Shown here in pieces: positions 40,907 to 44,815 of a stretch of DNA of 44,815 nt. Position numbers and translations under genes: made by a program. Each line of letters starts with the position of its first letter. The stretch's first letter is position 1. The notes beneath the pieces were generated by a model. It worked only from the letters and a program-made list of their open reading frames with translations, did no database searches and had not been told where the DNA came from. Source of the stretch: Candidatus Magasanikiibacteriota bacterium (lineage in GTDB: Bacteria; Patescibacteriota; Patescibacteriia; Magasanikbacterales; UBA922); contig DMXO01000006.1 in NCBI GenBank assembly GCA_003482855.1, positions 81,052-125,866 on the forward strand. Reading direction: 5' to 3'.

Positions 40907-43339
40907 ATGCTTCAACCAAAACAATGGTCTATTGAGTGGGGCGGTCGCACGCTCAAAGTAGAGACAGGCAGGCTTGCATTGCAAGCACATGCGTCATGCA
41001 CTGTACAATATGGTGACACGACGATTCTCGCGACCGTAGTCAAATCAAAAAATATAAGAGATGGGATCGACTATTTTCCTCTCATGACAGACTTCGAGGA
41101 AAAGCTCTACGCCGCAGGCAAAATAAAAGGCAGTCGATTTATCAAACGAGAAGGACGTCCCAGCGATGAAGCTATTTTGACAGCTCGTCTCATTGACCGT
41201 GCTATTCGTCCACTATTTGATGAACGTGTGCGCAATGATGTACAGGTAGTCTTGACCGCACTTTCAGTCGACGGAGAAAACGATGCAGCTATTGTTGGTC
41301 TTATTGCTGCAAGTTGTGCACTTTCTATATCTCCTATCCCATGGGCTGGTCCTATAGGAGCTGCTCGGGTAGGTATGGATGCAGAAGGTAATTATATATT
41401 GAATGTGACTTCTGCTCAGTTGGGAGAAAATAACAAACTAAATCTCGTAGTCGCTGGCACTCCACATTCACTCGTCATGGTAGAGGCAGGCGCACAAGAA
41501 GTGAGCGAAGATATCGCAGTGAAAGCAATGAAATGGGGTTGTGAGCAACTGCAGCCAGTCATTGATCTCATTACAAAAATACAATCAGAAACTGGCATAG
41601 TAAAAGAAACTATACCAAATGTTGCTGATGACGCTTCTGAAGTAGATGATAATGTTGAAGAACAAATAAGAAAAGCTACTGAAGAGTTTGTCGCAAACAA
41701 AGCAGACGAAATGATTTTTGATTCTCGAAAAATATCCAAAGATGAACGAAATAAAATGATCAGCGCAATAGAGGAAGCTGTAAAAGCTCATTTGATTGAG
41801 AAGGGATTTGAAGAAGACACAATCAAAGTGGGGCTCAAAAATATTAAGCTGTATGTCTCACGTGAGATTACCAAACGTATTCTTACAAAAGGTGAACGTC
41901 TTGACGGACGTGCGCTTACCGATATTCGTGAATTGCAAAGTGGAATAGATGTCCTCCCTCGTGTACATGGATCTGGTATGTTTATGCGTGGAGATACACA
42001 AGTTTTGTCTGTAGTAACGCTTGGTGCTCCTGGAGATGTGCAGACACTTGATACCATGGAAGAAGAAGGAAAGAAGCGATACATGCATCACTATAATGAT
42101 GCACCATTTACGTATGGTGAGACAGCTCCTTTGCGTGGTCCTGGTCGTCGTGCTATTGGACATGGTGCTTTGGCAGAACGCGCGCTTGAACCGGTATTGC
42201 CAAAAGAAGAAGACTTTCCTTATGCTATACGTGTCGTGTCTGAAGTCATGGGTTCAAATGGATCTTCATCTATGGCAAGTACCTGTGGTTCAACTCTTTC
42301 ACTCATGGCAGCAGGTGTGCCTATTCGTAAACCGGTAGCTGGCATTGCGATGGGACTTGCAAGTGATGCAGCTGATCATGATGGTGAAGTGAAAAATTGG
42401 AAAGTACTTACTGATTTACAGGACGTAGAAGATGGTCCTGGTGGTATGGATTTCAAAATTGCAGGAACTGTTGATGGTATCACGGCGATTCAGATGGATA
42501 CCAAGACTCACGGTTTGACTTGGGACTTGGTTGAGACGACAATCAACCAAGCGCGTGATGCACGGCTTCAAATTCTTGGTGTTATGGCTTCGACAATTGC
42601 TGCGCCACGTGCGGAGCTTTCACCATATGCACCACGTATTGTGACCATACAAATTGACCCAGAAAAAATTCGTGATGTCATCGGTCCTGGTGGAAAAGTT
42701 ATCAACAAAATTATTGAAGAAACAGGCGTACAGATTGATATTGAACAGGACGGTCGTGTCATGGTGACATCAAATGACGCTGAAGGTATGAAGAAAGCAG
42801 TCAAGATTATTGAAGAATTGACACATGAAATCACTGCAGGTGAAGAATATGACGGCAAGGTTGTCAGACTTGAAGATTTTGGTGCATTTGTTGAACTTAT
42901 CCCTGGCAAAGATGGTCTCGTGCATGTGAGTGAGATTTCATGGGAACGTACCAATAAACCAAGTGACGTATTGAAACTCGGTGATGTGGTAAAAGTAAAA
43001 GTAAAAGAAATTGACAATCTCGGACGCGTTAATCTTTCTATGAAAGTATTGAAGCCACGGCCAGAAGGGTTTGTCGACAGACCACCACGTGATGATTTCC
43101 GAGGTGGTAGTAGGGGTGGTGACCGACGTGGAGGCGGGTTTGACCGTGGGAGAAATAATGATAGACGCCCCGGTGGATTTGATAGGAATAGAAATCATGA
43201 TAATCATGGTCCTCGTCCTATGTATGATAAACCTCGTCATGATGCACCTGCATCTGCTGTAGTACCTGAGAAGCCAGCTGAAAAAAATACAGAAGCTCCG
43301 AAGAAAAGATTTGGATTATTTGGAAGAAAAAAAGATTAA
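40907..43339 (+). CDS. pnp: Polyribonucleotide nucleotidyltransferase with an RG-rich tail
   Basis: RLIDRAIRPLF, RLDGR, GHGALAERA, SNGSSSMAS, GMDFK, KH (IGPGGK) and S1 domains; start at MLQP 40907. Confidence 0.98.
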   Translation: MLQPKQWSIEWGGRTLKVETGRLALQAHASCTVQYGDTTILATVVKSKNIRDGIDYFPLMTDFEEKLYAAGKIKGSRFIKREGRPSDEAILTARLIDRAIRPLFDERVRNDVQVVLTALSVDGENDAAIVGLIAASCALSISPIPWAGPIGAARVGMDAEGNYILNVTSAQLGENNKLNLVVAGTPHSLVMVEAGAQEVSEDIAVKAMKWGCEQLQPVIDLITKIQSETGIVKETIPNVADDASEVDDNVEEQIRKATEEFVANKADEMIFDSRKISKDERNKMISAIEEAVKAHLIEKGFEEDTIKVGLKNIKLYVSREITKRILTKGERLDGRALTDIRELQSGIDVLPRVHGSGMFMRGDTQVLSVVTLGAPGDVQTLDTMEEEGKKRYMHHYNDAPFTYGETAPLRGPGRRAIGHGALAERALEPVLPKEEDFPYAIRVVSEVMGSNGSSSMASTCGSTLSLMAAGVPIRKPVAGIAMGLASDAADHDGEVKNWKVLTDLQDVEDGPGGMDFKIAGTVDGITAIQMDTKTHGLTWDLVETTINQARDARLQILGVMASTIAAPRAELSPYAPRIVTIQIDPEKIRDVIGPGGKVINKIIEETGVQIDIEQDGRVMVTSNDAEGMKKAVKIIEELTHEITAGEEYDGKVVRLEDFGAFVELIPGKDGLVHVSEISWERTNKPSDVLKLGDVVKVKVKEIDNLGRVNLSMKVLKPRPEGFVDRPPRDDFRGGSRGGDRRGGGFDRGRNNDRRPGGFDRNRNHDNHGPRPMYDKPRHDAPASAVVPEKPAEKNTEAPKKRFGLFGRKKD

Positions 43340-43366
43340 ATAGCCGTAAGCCATAAAACTACATTG

Positions 43367-43394
43367 AAACGCGTCTTAAAAAGGCGCGTTTTTT
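43367..43394 (+). terminator. pnp terminator
   Basis: AAACGCGTCTT-AAA-AAGGCGCGTTT-TTT. Confidence 0.75.
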
Positions 43395-43443
43395 ATTGAC
43401 AGAAAGAAAAAATAATGGTTTAATATCGACGTTATTTTTTATT

Positions 43444-43525
43444 GCCGACGTGGCGGAATTGGTATACGCGCGTGCCTTAGGAGCACGTTCCGAAAGGATT
43501 GTGGGTTCGAGTCCCACCGTCGGCA
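43444..43525 (+). tRNA. tRNA-Leu (anticodon TAG), CCA not encoded
   Basis: Acceptor stem GCCGACG/CGTCGGC, anticodon arm CGTGC-CTTAGGA-GCACG, variable arm TCC-GAAA-GGA, T arm GTGGG-TTCGAGT-CCCAC. Confidence 0.96.
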
Positions 43526-43554
43526 CAGCCTCTGTTTTGCAGAGGTTTTTATAT

Positions 43555-43827
43555 ATGTTGCATTTAGAATTATTGTCACAACATAAAAATCTATCAGTCA
43601 TTGACTTACATAAATTTAAAAATTCATACGAAGCTTTGGAATTTTTGGAATTAGAATTATATCGTTTGTACAAAAATGGTGAACAATATATTCGCATAGT
43701 CCATGGAGTTGGTGAAGGAATTTTGAAAGGAAAAGTACATGATGCACTAAGTAAAAACCCTCTTGTTAAAGAGTTTAGATTGGAAGAACATGGAGGAAGC
43801 ACAATTGTTGTTTTAAATATTATTTAG
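43555..43827 (+). CDS. Stand-alone Smr/MutS2 domain protein
   Basis: IDLH, RIVHGVGEGILK, GGSTIV; start at MLHL after the tRNA terminator. Confidence 0.88.
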   Translation: MLHLELLSQHKNLSVIDLHKFKNSYEALEFLELELYRLYKNGEQYIRIVHGVGEGILKGKVHDALSKNPLVKEFRLEEHGGSTIVVLNII

Positions 43828-43857
43828 TTTATAGTATTTGTAAATTTATCTAATAAA

Positions 43858-43982
43858 AATTCGAAGCACGAAACTCGAAATTCGAAACAATATCAAAATA
43901 AGAAATCCAAATATTCAAAATATTTTTTGACATTAATAATTTGAATTTGTTTCGGATTTCGATATTAGGATTTTGGATCTTT
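43858..43982. repeat. MITE-like tandem-inverted heptamer element (TCGAAAT family)
   Basis: aattcgaagcacgaaactcgaaattcgaaacaa ... ttgtttcggatttcgatattaggattttggat. Confidence 0.8.
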
Positions 43983-44063
43983 GTTAGGTGAATTTGAGGG
44001 CGTCTGTGATGATTAAAATTGAGTTAAGATACATCCATTTTAAGCACAAAAATGTTTTCAGAT

Positions 44064-44083
44064 TTTTCCACATTTTATCCACA
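44064..44083 (+). promoter_or_regulatory. Pair of DnaA boxes upstream of the rRNA promoter
   Basis: TTTTCCACA (1 mismatch) and perfect TTATCCACA. Confidence 0.45.
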
Positions 44084-44092
44084 TCTCTACGC

Positions 44093-44121
44093 TTGACATA
44101 TATTTTGTATTCAGATATTAT
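44093..44121 (+). promoter_or_regulatory. Promoter upstream of the 23S rRNA leader
   Basis: TTGACA-17 bp-TATTAT. Confidence 0.65.
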
Positions 44122-44600
44122 ATGCGGGCGTGAATATGAATCCGGTCTGCCGGATACCATGTCCAAAAACACACGCTCTAGACATTTGGACCTCTGGGTA
44201 ACACTTAGTACTTTATTTTCCATGATGTACTTAAAGAAAATTCGTTACTCACAGTATCCAAGCGGATAGATTATTCTAAAACAATCATTTGTTTTTGAAC
44301 CGCTTGATCGCGGTTCTTTTCTTTTCAAAAAAATTTTGACTCACAGTCTGCACAGAAATTCTGTCTAGACTGTGATTCGAAAGAAAGATTATTGAAGACT
44401 GACAGTTCATTACAATTCACATCAAATTTGTAAAGCAATATATTGCGTGAAGCCCAACATAGTTGGGTAGCGCAATTAGCAACATTGTAAGTCAAAAAAT
44501 CATGTCACAGGCGTGACGTGATAGCATCTTAAAAACAAGCTACACAATTATCGTTTCTCAATTGTGTAGCAAAAGCATAGAAACACAATTGTGTGTTTCT

Positions 44601-44815
44601 GTAGTGCACTTCAAGAGCGCATGGTGGATGCCTTGACACTATTGGACGAAGAAGGACGTTGCAGGGTGCGATAAGCTTCGGTGAGGTCCCAAGCAACCTT
44701 TGACCCGGAGATTTCCGAATGGGGGAACCCATCCTATTTTATAGGATACTGTACACTGAATACATAGGTGTATAGGGAAGACCTGGTGAAGTGAAACATC
44801 TCAGTAACCAGAGGA
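44601..44815 (+). rRNA. rrl: 23S rRNA, 5' end (partial; start approximate)
   Basis: TGGTGGATGCCTTG, GAAGGACGT, GCGATAAGC, TTTCCGAATGGGGGAACC, GAAGTGAAACATCTCAGTA. Confidence 0.97.

Noticed and set aside
43396-43554. N-terminal part of the 143-aa ORF
   Set aside because: It reads through tRNA-Leu; the Smr protein starts at 43555
43444-43990. Integrative element at tRNA-Leu
   Set aside because: No integrase and no duplicated tRNA 3' end seen in the window
43984-44269. Short ORFs (79 and 93 aa) and ORF 44529-44732
   Set aside because: They overlap the rRNA promoter, the leader or 23S itself and show no protein motifs
44125-44280. 5S rRNA or tRNA in the 23S leader
   Set aside because: No 5S conserved CCGAAC motif and no tRNA T-loop or cloverleaf found

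Overview
AT-rich bacterial chromosome segment, inferred to be Patescibacteria/CPR (Parcubacteria-like) from the rpsO-NYN-pnp order, the 23S rRNA gene with no 16S upstream, the scarcity of Shine-Dalgarno sites and the GT-C-type membrane proteins. Positions 1-17.8 kb are a large nucleotide-metabolism region: a DHODH-like flavoprotein, aspA, an ArgG-MGS fusion, a CodA-like amidohydrolase, a HAD-PurB fusion, purA, a guaB/GMP-reductase-like gene, tmk, folA, thyA, dut, a nucleotide kinase and dCMP deaminase, with an EamA transporter and gatB interspersed. The rest is mostly translation and housekeeping genes (secE-nusG-rplK-[ldh, hypothetical]-rplA, gyrB, rodA, rplY, prfA-[glycosylation cassette]-prmC, rpmE, ferredoxin, rpsB-tsf, rpsO-NYN-pnp, tRNA-Leu, an Smr protein and the start of 23S rRNA). 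Main points of interest: (i) short 7-9 bp tandem repeats, with several different units, that form inverted hairpin elements at operon junctions and also sit in frame inside genes (five in prmC alone); (ii) two candidate leader-peptide/terminator attenuators ahead of nucleotide-metabolism operons; (iii) an unusual amidohydrolase-ArgG::MGS-AspA-DHODH operon; (iv) a probable CBS-domain GMP reductase feeding PurA/PurB; (v) a lone GC-rich gene. No CRISPR array, integrase or transposase was seen.
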